A stretch of DNA of 64,000 nucleotides from Methanotrichaceae archaeon (GTDB lineage: Archaea; Halobacteriota; Methanosarcinia; Methanotrichales; Methanotrichaceae). The DNA lies in contig CAWDLW010000008.1 of NCBI GenBank assembly GCA_963803145.1, positions 64,001-128,000 of the forward strand, given 5' to 3'. Numbering within the stretch: position 1 is the first letter of the stretch; the number at the start of each line of letters is the position of its first letter. Position numbers and translations under genes: made by a program. The notes under the pieces were generated by a model. It did not search any database and was not told the origin of the DNA. It saw only the letters and a list, made by a program, of their open reading frames with translations. Below, piece after piece: positions 53,441 through 63,317 of the stretch.

Positions 53441-54646
53441 TCAAACGTTCTCAAGCCCAAGCAATAGATACTGAGGCCCATTCCATCTGCGATCTAATCC
53501 CGAGTCACGCCAGAAGAATGCCAGCTGGTTATCAATCTGTGCCACAAGCTCAAGGTTGCCCTTCTCCCCGAAATCACTCTGAATGAGGCTGACCGCATCA
53601 ATCTTGCCCGTATTCATGGCGAACATGAATGGCCCATACCAATGCAGATGAGGATCCTCGTTATCGCGCCAGTAATATCCAAGGCCGCCAGATCTTAAGG
53701 GTGTCACAAGCTCGAAGTTGCCAATGCCTTCACTGCTGCTCTGTATCATCGAGGGCGTCCCGGTTACGCCGGTTGCAATCAGTTCTGTGTCGTGCCATTC
53801 TGATTCAGTATCAGACCCGCGCCAGAAGAAGAACAGCTCGTCGCTTGAGCGTGCCACCATTTCCAGGTGATCCTCAAAGTTGCTCTGAATCATTGTTGCT
53901 GCATTGAATATCCCTGCATCTGTGGCAAAATCAATAGGCCCGTGCCAAGTCAGCTCAGCATCATCGTTGTCACGCCAGTAATAAGAGAAGCCGCCCTCTA
54001 CTTTCGGCACAACAACCTCGAAGTTGCCTCTTTGCCCAGATCTGCTCTGGATCAGGGCGGGGTTGCCTGAAAACAGAGGAACAAGAGAGTCCTTTGAGAT
54101 TTTATTAGGTCCATGCCAGTCAAAGCTCGGGCCCGAGTCGCGCCAGAAGTGCATAAGATTTTTGCCGCCGACATCAACTGCCACAAGCTCAAGGTTGCCC
54201 TGCTCACCGAAGTTGCTCTGTATTATAGAGACTCCTTGAATCATCCCTGCCTCACGGCCGAAAACCTCAGGCCCATTCCAAGGAAGCGTCTCATTATCAT
54301 TATCACGCCAGTAACGAGCCATGCCGCCATTAGCCAGAGGCACGACCAGCTCAAAGTTGCCTCTGTTTCCATAGGTGCTCCAGATCATGGAAGGAACTCC
54401 TGCGAAAGGTCCTTGAGCAACCATCTCTTTTGCAACACCCTTTCTTTTCGGAAGCTCTTTTGTCCTGTCTTCAACTGCTTTTTCAGGCCCTATTTTAACT
54501 ATGGTCTCTTCTTCTTTTATTGCTATTATCTCCTTAGGCCCGATATCTTCAGCCTTCATCGCCTTTTCCTTCCTAGATCTCACGCTTCTCTTTGATGTTT
54601 TGGGTTTTTTTGGTTCGTCCGTTTCTTTTCGAGTATTCCTAGCCAT
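53441..54646 (-). CDS. Six-repeat beta-propeller (lectin-like) protein with K/E-rich N-terminal tail
   Basis: Six IQS..GN(F/L)ELV..(Y/F)WRD..W.GP-type repeats. Confidence 0.78.
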   Translation of the reverse strand: MARNTRKETDEPKKPKTSKRSVRSRKEKAMKAEDIGPKEIIAIKEEETIVKIGPEKAVEDRTKELPKRKGVAKEMVAQGPFAGVPSMIWSTYGNRGNFELVVPLANGGMARYWRDNDNETLPWNGPEVFGREAGMIQGVSIIQSNFGEQGNLELVAVDVGGKNLMHFWRDSGPSFDWHGPNKISKDSLVPLFSGNPALIQSRSGQRGNFEVVVPKVEGGFSYYWRDNDDAELTWHGPIDFATDAGIFNAATMIQSNFEDHLEMVARSSDELFFFWRGSDTESEWHDTELIATGVTGTPSMIQSSSEGIGNFELVTPLRSGGLGYYWRDNEDPHLHWYGPFMFAMNTGKIDAVSLIQSDFGEKGNLELVAQIDNQLAFFWRDSGLDRRWNGPQYLLLGLENV

Positions 54647-55108
54647 TATCTTTCAGCTCCTAAGCCCGAGACCGAAAAATGGGAGTCAAGATATAACATT
54701 CCATTTAAACAGAGAATGCCCCTGAATTAATGCTAAGCGGCACAGAGCCAAGGGGCATAGTAATTTCCAACTTCGCCCATGTTAGCAGCAGGTCTTCCTC
54801 CGGATGCTTTCAATCTCTTAACCAATATTAGTAATGTTTCTTACTACTATTAGTAATGTTTCTTGCTACTTTAAAATTCTGTCGTAAATTTGAGCCTTAA
54901 CACTAAGCAAGATTAAATATAATTTGCATTATGTTCCGTGTTTGGCTAAGACGATGGTTATTTAGCATCATAAGCACAGTTGTTTCAAGAGCGTCCGCGG
55001 TGACTATAGCCTAATTGGGGTTCACTCCATCATCTATCTAACATTTTGGCCGCAATCTCTTAACATCATTTTGACTGCGATTGAAGAGTTCAGTCTCTGC
55101 TAATGAAA

Positions 55109-55759
55109 TCAGTATCCGTTAAAGACATTTGACATAATCCGTGCTTCAGCCTTTCTCAGGTGCTCTATTGTTGCAGCCTTGCTAATTCCTATTTTCCCAG
55201 CCAATTGCTCACCGTTTATTCTGCGTGGATACTCGTAATATCCACTCCTTTTCGCCTCTAAGATAACTTCCCTTTGCCTATCGGTAAGGCAAGATAAAAC
55301 ATTATAATTCATGAAGGCTGTTTGTGAATATGATATGCTCTCGATCTTCCCGACAGTCCTGATGACATCGAGGAACCTTTTCAAGCTGTCTCTATCTCCG
55401 ATTACGCTTATGACCAATTTGTCATGAGTAATTATAGTGGGAGTATCCCATATCAGATCTAGATCAAGACTTTTCATGAATGCTACATGCTCTTTAGGAA
55501 CTTTTACTTTGATAAAGCAGGTATACTTGTTTGCCTCGGCTTTTATTACATCAAGTATTTCCACTCTGTCTGAATTCTTCAACTCCTCCAACGAAAATCC
55601 ATCTTCCAAAGTGCATATGCCAATTCCGAGTCTCACACCTTTATCAAAATCCGTCTTTAAGATCTGTAGAGCTTCTATCGATTTAATTTTATTAAATATA
55701 TCATCCTTCATCTGGGTAGTTTCAGAATTAGGAATCAATATGATTGTGACTTTTCTCAT
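55109..55759 (-). CDS. Bat-type (HTH_10) transcriptional regulator
   Basis: LTDRQREV..A..GYYEYPR..LA..GISKA..EHLRKAE. Confidence 0.9.
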   Translation of the reverse strand: MRKVTIILIPNSETTQMKDDIFNKIKSIEALQILKTDFDKGVRLGIGICTLEDGFSLEELKNSDRVEILDVIKAEANKYTCFIKVKVPKEHVAFMKSLDLDLIWDTPTIITHDKLVISVIGDRDSLKRFLDVIRTVGKIESISYSQTAFMNYNVLSCLTDRQREVILEAKRSGYYEYPRRINGEQLAGKIGISKAATIEHLRKAEARIMSNVFNGY

Positions 55760-55941
55760 ACTACTCTCAGATTCAGCTCCCGCAATATAAATGCCTTACA
55801 TGGCAGGCACAATCTAATTAATTATGGAGTTGGCAGTATTGATGGCTTAAGTGTCTCGGGCAGGGATAATATGAAGGATGATATAGTTCAAAATATGCCA
55901 TATGATAGAGATGATTTGAAAAATAACCCTTTAAGGACCCA

Positions 55942-57120
55942 ATGCAGGAGCTGATAGAGTTGTTATACCGTGAGAACCATCGCATGTATGCCGATTTTAA
56001 GCATTCATTTGCGTTTATAATCCTTCTGGCTGTAGTGACTATTGCCTTAGCTTTCCCTGTCTCATGCCAGACCCTTCCAGTCCAGACAACTCAAGGGCCA
56101 ACGACACCGCCTGCATATATGCAAGGACCCCCAACCATACCAGCCGATTTTTCAGGCAATTGGTACTCTGTCGAGGGCGGACCGAATCTGCAGATTACGC
56201 TAGCGCGCTCTAGCATATACCGAAATCAGAATACTTCTCTTTATCTGACAGTGACGAACAATGGCCGCGTCACATCCTTCAAAGTAGTAACACAGCCTAA
56301 TCCCACCCGTCCTGATGAGGTCTTCGCTGCCCAACAAGAGCTGCAGCTTGAAGCTCTCAGATCTACGGCCCAGGATATATCGGTCAAGCTCGTTACAGTG
56401 AACAGCAGTGCCATGGACCTGAAGCGTGAGGTGGCATATGCAGGATCACTGCGGGAAGGCCAGGTATCACAGCCGCTTGTGTATCCAATCGAAGTTTACG
56501 AAAATACAGTGCCTGGAGACTATACGCTTTATGCTATAGCCAATTACACTTACCAGCAGGATGTGGCGGTAAAGCCTCACAGTGATAGCCCACAGAATCC
56601 TGATGTCTATTACTGGTATAACACCGCCAGCCAAACCATTCCTATAACCTTGAATGTGCAGAAGCTGAGCCTCGTTGATCTAAAGGCTCTGAGCATATCC
56701 CCTGGAGCCCTCGACATCGGCTCGAAGAATAATGTAGTGAAGGTAGTAATCCAGAACCAAGGAACTGATATCGCAAAGGATGTTGTTGCTAGGCTCAGGC
56801 CCGAGACAGGCGTCTACGTAGATATGGATGAGTCGCCAATTCCGCTTCTCCGGCCGGGCGAAAAGGCCGAGCTTATTTACAAAGTGGATATATCAAAAGA
56901 TGCAATCGCCGGCAAGTCGTACAGGTTCACGCTGCTCTTTGATTACTCGGACACATATAGAAAGAACCTTGAAGATACCGATTATGTTTACATGTCAATT
57001 CAGCCCAGCCTCTCCGGCCTTATCCTTCAATATTGGTGGGCTGCGATAATCGTCTTGGCCATCATAGCTGTAGCAGCAGTCTCTATAATCAGGCGCAGGA
57101 GGAGTGCACCTGGCCAATAA
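55942..57120 (+). CDS. COG1361-like S-layer domain protein
   Basis: Signal peptide, Ig-like repeats (N.G..A..V, L.PGE), C-terminal TM + RRRR. Confidence 0.82.
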   Translation: MQELIELLYRENHRMYADFKHSFAFIILLAVVTIALAFPVSCQTLPVQTTQGPTTPPAYMQGPPTIPADFSGNWYSVEGGPNLQITLARSSIYRNQNTSLYLTVTNNGRVTSFKVVTQPNPTRPDEVFAAQQELQLEALRSTAQDISVKLVTVNSSAMDLKREVAYAGSLREGQVSQPLVYPIEVYENTVPGDYTLYAIANYTYQQDVAVKPHSDSPQNPDVYYWYNTASQTIPITLNVQKLSLVDLKALSISPGALDIGSKNNVVKVVIQNQGTDIAKDVVARLRPETGVYVDMDESPIPLLRPGEKAELIYKVDISKDAIAGKSYRFTLLFDYSDTYRKNLEDTDYVYMSIQPSLSGLILQYWWAAIIVLAIIAVAAVSIIRRRRSAPGQ

Positions 57121-57162
57121 GCATTCGAATTATGCCACTGCAGCCATAGCTACGGAGGATCG

Positions 57163-58086
57163 ATGAATGCCGAGCTTATGCAGGCGCGAGATTTGGATAA
57201 GTTCGCAGTGATTGGGCAGGGAGTCACCAAGAGCTTTGATAGCCTGCGCGTTTTGCAGAATATGTCGGTCAATATCCCCCGTGGAGTTACCTATTGTCTC
57301 TTGGGCCCAAACGGATCCGGGAAGACTACTTTGATGAGAGCGATTATGGGCCTTGTAAAGCTGGACTCAGGGGATATCTATGTGCTGGATGAGCCTTTGG
57401 ATCAGATAAGCAAGGTATATCCAAGGCTAGGATATATGCCTCAGCAGAGGCCGCTATATCCCGATATCACAGTTAAGGAAAATCTTGAGTTCTTCGCCGG
57501 GCTCTATGGAATTCAGGGCCGGGAGCGGGATATGAGGATCGATGATGTTCTGAAGATCGTGGATCTATCCGAGACCAAAAACAGGATAACAGGCACGCTA
57601 AGCGGAGGAATGTATCAAAGGATTTCGCTCGCCTGCACCCTGATCCATAGCCCGGATCTGCTGCTGCTGGATGAGCCCACTGTCGGAATTGATCCTGTGA
57701 CCAAGCAAACCTTCTGGGGATATTTCAGGGATCTTGCCAAAGAGGGCAAGACAATCGTCATCACCACCCATATTATGGAAGAGGCAGAAAAATGTGATTT
57801 GGTGGGGTTCATGCGAGATGGGCGGATGCTGGCAGAGAGCAGCCCTGATGAGCTAAAAAAGTTTGCAGGTCTGAAGAAACAACTCCGGATGAGGGTAGAA
57901 AACCCTGAGCAAGAGATGGCAAGGCTGGTTGGAGAAGGCGTGGAAGTACATAGGGATGGAGATATGCTTGTTGCTGACATTGCTGATACCTCTAAGATGA
58001 GGGATATACTCGACCAGGTGAAGCCTATTGACTTCAATGTCATCGAACCCACCCTGGAGGATGCTTTCCTCAAGCTTGCAGTCTGA
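57163..58086 (+). CDS. ABC-2 exporter ATP-binding subunit
   Basis: GPNGSGKTT, LSGG, LLLLDEPTVGIDP, TTH. Confidence 0.94.
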   Translation: MNAELMQARDLDKFAVIGQGVTKSFDSLRVLQNMSVNIPRGVTYCLLGPNGSGKTTLMRAIMGLVKLDSGDIYVLDEPLDQISKVYPRLGYMPQQRPLYPDITVKENLEFFAGLYGIQGRERDMRIDDVLKIVDLSETKNRITGTLSGGMYQRISLACTLIHSPDLLLLDEPTVGIDPVTKQTFWGYFRDLAKEGKTIVITTHIMEEAEKCDLVGFMRDGRMLAESSPDELKKFAGLKKQLRMRVENPEQEMARLVGEGVEVHRDGDMLVADIADTSKMRDILDQVKPIDFNVIEPTLEDAFLKLAV

Positions 58087-58100
58087 TCTCATAAGGAGCT

Positions 58101-59210
58101 ATGGATATGGAACACATCAAGGGTGGTACACAAAGTCTGCACAGGATATGGGCCGTAGGGCTAAGAGTGATCCGTCAGATTAAGCGAGATCGGCGCACAA
58201 TAGTTACCATGATCGTTAACCCTATAATACTGATGATTATCCTGGGTTATTCGCTCTCTGCAACCTTGACTGGGATAAACCTTGGCGTCGTGGATCAACA
58301 AAATGGACCTATTCAGGGAGGTGTTCTAGCCCATCTCCAGGCATCGGATGCATTTTCGATCACCTACCTTGCCTCTGAGTCCGAGGCTCGAAGGCTGATC
58401 ACTGAAGGAAGGATTAATGGCGCAGTAGTCCTGAGTGGGAATGAAATAAGAATGCTACTTGATGGAACCAGCCCTCAAGTGGCGGGCACTATTACAGGAA
58501 ATGTAGCAGCAGGAATGCAAGTGGGGGCCGTGCAGATTCTAAGCAGCCTGCCAATCCCAAGTCAGCTCCCAGCAGTCACTACTTATTATGTCTATGGCTA
58601 TGATCTTGAGGCAAAGGATGCGCTTGGTGCATCTCTACTTGGCATCTCCATATTCTTCTTCGCATTCCTCAATACAGCAATCGCATTTCTCCGGGAGAGG
58701 ACTCAGGGCACACTGGAGAAGGTTCTGGTATCACCTCTGGATAGGATTGAGCTCGTCTCCGGCTATATCCTGGGATTCAGCTTTGTGGCTATCGCCCAGG
58801 CTGCAATCACCTTCACTCTTCTAGTGGTGGTATTCAGGGTACCCATCCAGGGCAGCTGGCTGGCGGTTCTCGTCATAGTCATACTTCTCAGTGCCGGATC
58901 GCTCAGCTTCGGGGCGTTTCTGTCCAACTTCGTCACCTCTGAGTATCAGGTAATGCAGCTAAATCCAGTAGTATCATTTCCCCAAATATTACTTTCTGGT
59001 GCTTGGTTCCCCCTTAATTCGGTGCCGGATTGGCTGAGGCCTCTGGCGTACATCTTCCCCATCACTTACTCTACAGATGCCTTGAAAATGGTGCTGCTGA
59101 AAGGAGCAACTTTGGGCGATATCCTTTATCCCGATGTATTTGCGCTATTGCTGTTCTTCTTGCTGACCTTCTTTATGGCTACATTTATGCTAAGGAAGGA
59201 GATCGCCTGA
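58101..59210 (+). CDS. ABC-2 exporter permease
   Basis: RDRRT, RERTQGTLE..VSP, LSGAWFP..PDWL. Confidence 0.92.
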   Translation: MDMEHIKGGTQSLHRIWAVGLRVIRQIKRDRRTIVTMIVNPIILMIILGYSLSATLTGINLGVVDQQNGPIQGGVLAHLQASDAFSITYLASESEARRLITEGRINGAVVLSGNEIRMLLDGTSPQVAGTITGNVAAGMQVGAVQILSSLPIPSQLPAVTTYYVYGYDLEAKDALGASLLGISIFFFAFLNTAIAFLRERTQGTLEKVLVSPLDRIELVSGYILGFSFVAIAQAAITFTLLVVVFRVPIQGSWLAVLVIVILLSAGSLSFGAFLSNFVTSEYQVMQLNPVVSFPQILLSGAWFPLNSVPDWLRPLAYIFPITYSTDALKMVLLKGATLGDILYPDVFALLLFFLLTFFMATFMLRKEIA

Positions 59211-59237
59211 GCGAGAAGCTTCTTTAATCCTTTCTAT

Positions 59238-59460
59238 TGGGGCTAACACTAACATCTATAATAGCGCACTGTAGTCGCCGTGCAGGCTTATTGATCGATA
59301 ATTCTTGAAATAGCGTTCTTCAAGAGATTACGATTCAAGAGCGTACATTCAAGAACAACTTTAGCTTTGCGTTTGGGGCTGCTACCAATTTAAGAGACTA
59401 TACCTTCTTCTGGGGCTAATACTAACTACACTCTAGCGCGCTCAGTCGCCGCGCGGGCTT
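59238..59460 (+). repeat. Imperfect ~50 bp direct repeat (59238-59289, 59411-59460) enclosing TTCAAGA repeats
   Basis: TGGGGCTAAYACTAAC..TAGCGC..AGTCGCCGYGCRGGCTT twice. Confidence 0.7.
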
Positions 59461-59620
59461 CCCCTGACCCCTCTCCGGGGGAAGGTTTTGGAAATATATG
59501 TTGTAAGGTTGAATAAAATAGAATCAGCTAGCTCTACTATCATAAATTTTGAATCGATATCTCATCATCATTATTGTACAGCTGCTTGCGACACTCCTGC
59601 TGGCAGCCCTGCAGCCACCC

Positions 59621-60184
59621 TTATTGTAGAGCCTCCAGTGCCTTAGTTAAAGCCGCTAGATCGCCTTCAAGCTTCTCTTTGAGGATAACCATTGATGATG
59701 CCTCACCAATAACCTTTATCAAGCCCTTTGAAATTGCCGCGAAACCGAATGCAATTATAGCTGCCTCAGATGTAAGCACATCCTCATCCGTATTCTCCCA
59801 TCCCAGGTGCAGACTTTCCGACCATTCGCCATAGCGATGTGTCCTTGCCAGGAGGCCGTTCTCATAGAGAATCAGCCTGTACTCGCTGAAAAAGCCTAAA
59901 CTCCCCTCAAGCTGTACCCTTTCTTCTCTTGTCAGAATGACGATCTCACGGCGGTAAAGCTGCTCACAGTCTTCACTCAGCAGAGGCACCAGAGGTGTGG
60001 CCTTCTCCAGGATTGCTTTCAGGACTACTGCTTCTCTCTCCAGGGTTTCCTTTTTCAGATCTGCAATCTTGAAGGCCAGCGGCTGAAGCTCATCCAGTGC
60101 TGTACTCAGCCCTGATAACATGTCTGTGGTTATTGAATCGGTAGATGCCAGAACAGCGTTTTCAGAATGGTTTGGGGCGGCCAT
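59621..60184 (-). CDS. Hypothetical protein with coiled-coil ends
   Basis: 187 aa ORF abutting the upstream gene's stop. Confidence 0.7.
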   Translation of the reverse strand: MAAPNHSENAVLASTDSITTDMLSGLSTALDELQPLAFKIADLKKETLEREAVVLKAILEKATPLVPLLSEDCEQLYRREIVILTREERVQLEGSLGFFSEYRLILYENGLLARTHRYGEWSESLHLGWENTDEDVLTSEAAIIAFGFAAISKGLIKVIGEASSMVILKEKLEGDLAALTKALEALQ

Positions 60185-60400
60185 TTAGACCGCCTCTGCT
60201 TCAGTGATCTCCTGAGAGGAGCTTCGGATGGAGCCTTTGCAGCCATCGATGCTTATTGTGGCGAATTCGAAAGGGAGTTCCAAGTTAAAGATGTGCATGG
60301 CCTCAGAGAAATCGCCAACATCTGGGCCCATATTCTCCAACTCCTCAGCCGCTTCCTGGATGCTCAGGACTTTTCCACCGATATGACCTATGCCGCTCAT
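60185..60400 (-). CDS. Small acidic hypothetical protein
   Basis: ATG at 60400 after GAGGTG. Confidence 0.55.
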   Translation of the reverse strand: MSGIGHIGGKVLSIQEAAEELENMGPDVGDFSEAMHIFNLELPFEFATISIDGCKGSIRSSSQEITEAEAV

Positions 60401-60543
60401 ACGCCACACCTCTATACCACGTGTTGGTGGTAAACATATATATACTTTGTCCCACTTTAAGACATAATGCATAAATACGATTGGGATTAATATGGGCGAT
60501 TATGGATAAGCTATTAATAAATCAAACCCCGATAATATCGAAT

Positions 60544-60684
60544 ATGGGAGAGACGTTCATTGCGGAATTAGATGAGAAAGGCAGAATACGTTTTACTCGC
60601 CCAATGCTTAAGGCATTGGGTCTCAAGCCAGGTGAACTAGTTAGAATAACTGCGGAGAAAGTAAAGCCCAATGAGGCTTCCTGA
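60544..60684 (+). CDS. AbrB/MazE/SpoVT-like DNA-binding protein
   Basis: LDEKGRI.F..MLKALGLKPGELV.I. Confidence 0.75.
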   Translation: MGETFIAELDEKGRIRFTRPMLKALGLKPGELVRITAEKVKPNEAS

Positions 60685-60747
60685 AATCCCTAAACTCAAC
60701 CAAAAGCTTTTTCGCCTGAGACCTTGGCCCTATCTTAGGGATTGATC

Positions 60748-61353
60748 ATGAAGATATGGCCGATTTTGCTTTTGCTCCTATTGATAGGATTTACTTATGG
60801 AGAGACTTATCAGCTTGGAAACTACGAAATAAGTTTTAATTTGAGTGCTCCAGCTAACTTTGTTCTAGAAACTCCTATTCATCAGATTACTACAGTAGAT
60901 GCTTGGATGTACGGCCTCAATATCACCCCTTCAAGTGGCGGCTGGATAAAAATAAGCACCGAGGAAAGTTCGCAGCCAATACGACAAGAAGGATTACAAA
61001 ATATGGCAGCAATGCGCCGCGTAGAATTGATGAATTTAGGCATTGAATGATATCAGGATCGATTAATAGATTATAAGGGGCATGCAGCTGTCAGTAGTTA
61101 CTTACCAACTCAACGCCTCATGGCCAATGGCAAGATTCTAGGACAAATGCCAGAGATTTATACTCTGACATATTCACAGGATAATTATACCCTAGTAATT
61201 GTAGAAGCACATGATGTAAATGAGACGATATATTCGGACCTTCTAGATTCAATGAATTTGATTAAATCAAGCTCTCAGAATCAATGGCATAAGGAGCCCT
61301 ACATAGGCCCCAAGGATCAGGCTGGTCCCAATTATCTCGATACAGCCAAGTAG
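60748..61353 (+). pseudogene. Secreted paralogue 1, split by in-frame TGA at 61048-61050
   Basis: Both track ORFs share a frame; YKGH after the stop aligns with YQGH of paralogues. Confidence 0.8.
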
Positions 61354-61457
61354 CAACCGAGAAAGTCAGGACTCGAAGGAATATTGCAGGATTGGCTGAA
61401 TTGCCCCAATCTAAGACCAAAAGCTTTTTCGCCTGATGACATACTTAAGCATCGATC

Positions 61458-61988
61458 ATGAAGATATGGCTTGTATTAGTTTTGCTATTACTGATAGGAC
61501 CTGTTCATGGGGCCACTTATCAGCTCGGGTCGCATAATGTAAGCATAAACTTAGATATCCCTGCAAACTATACCCAGGAATTACCAACTTACCTAAAGGA
61601 TATTGGAACATGGGGGTATATGTTAAACGTGACCCCCAAATCAGGTGGATATATATTAATTTACTTGTCAGATAATGCCGTACCTGTTTATGGAAGCAAA
61701 ATAATTGACGAGGCTGGAAATGCTCTTGTAAATAATTCTATTCAGGCTGGCATAGGTGGGCTCAAATACGGAACTCGTACTTACCAAGGACACGATGCAT
61801 TCGAAATATCGGCACCCGCGCAGAGGATAGCAGCTAACGGAGGGTATTGGAATTGGCCAGAGTTTTTTTCGCTGATTTATCTACAAGACGAAATGACATT
61901 TGTAAGGATAACTGCGATAAATACTGGCGAATCAATTTTCAGGAAAGTCCTCAACTCTACAACTATCACAAAAATCTCCCAGAGGTGA
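61458..61988 (+). CDS. Secreted paralogue 2
   Basis: MKIW signal; YQLGSHNVSINL, LNVTP.SGG, TYQGHDAFEIS. Confidence 0.8.
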   Translation: MKIWLVLVLLLLIGPVHGATYQLGSHNVSINLDIPANYTQELPTYLKDIGTWGYMLNVTPKSGGYILIYLSDNAVPVYGSKIIDEAGNALVNNSIQAGIGGLKYGTRTYQGHDAFEISAPAQRIAANGGYWNWPEFFSLIYLQDEMTFVRITAINTGESIFRKVLNSTTITKISQR

Positions 61989-61993
61989 TTAAA

Positions 61994-62566
61994 ATGAAGA
62001 TTAGCCTATTTATCTTGCTTCTCCTCATCGGAGTTGTGTCCGCCAATACCAGTGTTTTAGGATCGCATGATGTAAGTGTTAACCTAAGTGTTCCAGCTGT
62101 TTATGCCGTAGAGACTCCAATATATGATTCAACCTCCGATATGTGGACATACATATTAAACATAACTCCAAATACCGGCGGCTCTGCGTATATAACTTTA
62201 AATGAGCTAAACAGCCCTGTGTATAACTCTGCAATGGTGAAGAACTTTGCGGATTATGCGGTCAAGAGCACCAGCGGATTCGGGAACGTAAAATATGGGA
62301 TGATAACTTACCAAGGGCATGACGCTTTTGAAATATCATATCCGGCGCAAGTAGTAGCGCAAAGCGATGGATCAAGTGAAACCCTTGCTGAGTTTCATGG
62401 ACTAGTATTCATGCCAGACCCAGTGTCTAGAGTCTTATTAGACACGTTAAATACTGGCGATGCAGTGTATAAGGAAATTTTTAACTCGCTTAAAATATCC
62501 AAGAATATGACGAAATCCACCAACGCCAAAGAATCTTTGAATCCTCTGCCCATAAATCCGCCTTGA
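61994..62566 (+). CDS. Secreted paralogue 3
   Basis: ATG 61994 after GAGGTGA; LGSHDVSVNL, LNITPNTGG, TYQGHDAFEIS. Confidence 0.8.
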   Translation: MKISLFILLLLIGVVSANTSVLGSHDVSVNLSVPAVYAVETPIYDSTSDMWTYILNITPNTGGSAYITLNELNSPVYNSAMVKNFADYAVKSTSGFGNVKYGMITYQGHDAFEISYPAQVVAQSDGSSETLAEFHGLVFMPDPVSRVLLDTLNTGDAVYKEIFNSLKISKNMTKSTNAKESLNPLPINPP

Positions 62567-62663
62567 AGGCCAAAACCTTTTTCGTTTGATCCGTTATTCC
62601 TCCTAATCCGAGGGATTGATCGTGAGGAAGGGCTGGTGATGATTCTGGAAGCAGGCGAGTATT

Positions 62664-63134
62664 GTGGTTGGTAGCATTAGCCCTGTTGCTAGCTCATTAA
62701 TTCAACTCGGCGGAGCCACAATTACATTGTCGCCCCAAGATCCGTGGGCATCGCTTCCAGTTACTATACTGGGAGTATTCATTGGCGGTCTAATTACTTT
62801 GATAGTAAGTTATGTTCTTCAAAATCGCCTCTTTAATGAACAGCGCAAAGCTGGAGAGATGGATCGACGCTTAGGTGCTTATAAGGATTTATTGCATGAA
62901 ATATGGGAATACGAGGGACCAAGGCGTATAGGCCAGGATCTAAAATTTAGTATGGCCCAGGTTATTCATTATGGCAGTGATGAAGTAAAGAACATAATAG
63001 AACCTAGCTATGACAAGCTGGTGGGTAGTAGTTCTGATGGTTTGGACGAGGCACTAAAAAAGGCAAAGGAAACAATGAATAATGAAATTGCGGATAGGCC
63101 GCGGTATAATAGGCCTCGGTGGCAATTCTGGTGA
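62664..63134 (+). CDS. Single-TM hypothetical protein
   Basis: ILGVFIGGLITLIVSY TM, R..AY..LL, C-terminal WQFW. Confidence 0.65.
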   Translation: MVGSISPVASSLIQLGGATITLSPQDPWASLPVTILGVFIGGLITLIVSYVLQNRLFNEQRKAGEMDRRLGAYKDLLHEIWEYEGPRRIGQDLKFSMAQVIHYGSDEVKNIIEPSYDKLVGSSSDGLDEALKKAKETMNNEIADRPRYNRPRWQFW

Positions 63135-63317
63135 ATCTAGGCCTTAGGATGGCCACATATTACCTTTTTCCCTGCATAAGCTAGCAGGCTATGTGCCATG
63201 TGGGAGATATCATCCGCTTTAAGTACAACTATCCTCGAAATGGGTTAGAACTAATTAAGAATCCAATACTTCAAACCACCCAAACATTTTTCGTTAGAAC
63301 TTATAATAGCCGCCTTT

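Noticed and set aside
61048-61050. In-frame TGA as selenocysteine or read-through
   Set aside because: Aligns with a Gly-rich position in a paralogue, not Cys; a GGA-to-TGA nonsense change is simpler
61847-61993. N-terminal extension of the track ORF 61847..62566
   Set aside because: Overlaps the upstream paralogue; signal peptide and RBS support ATG 61994
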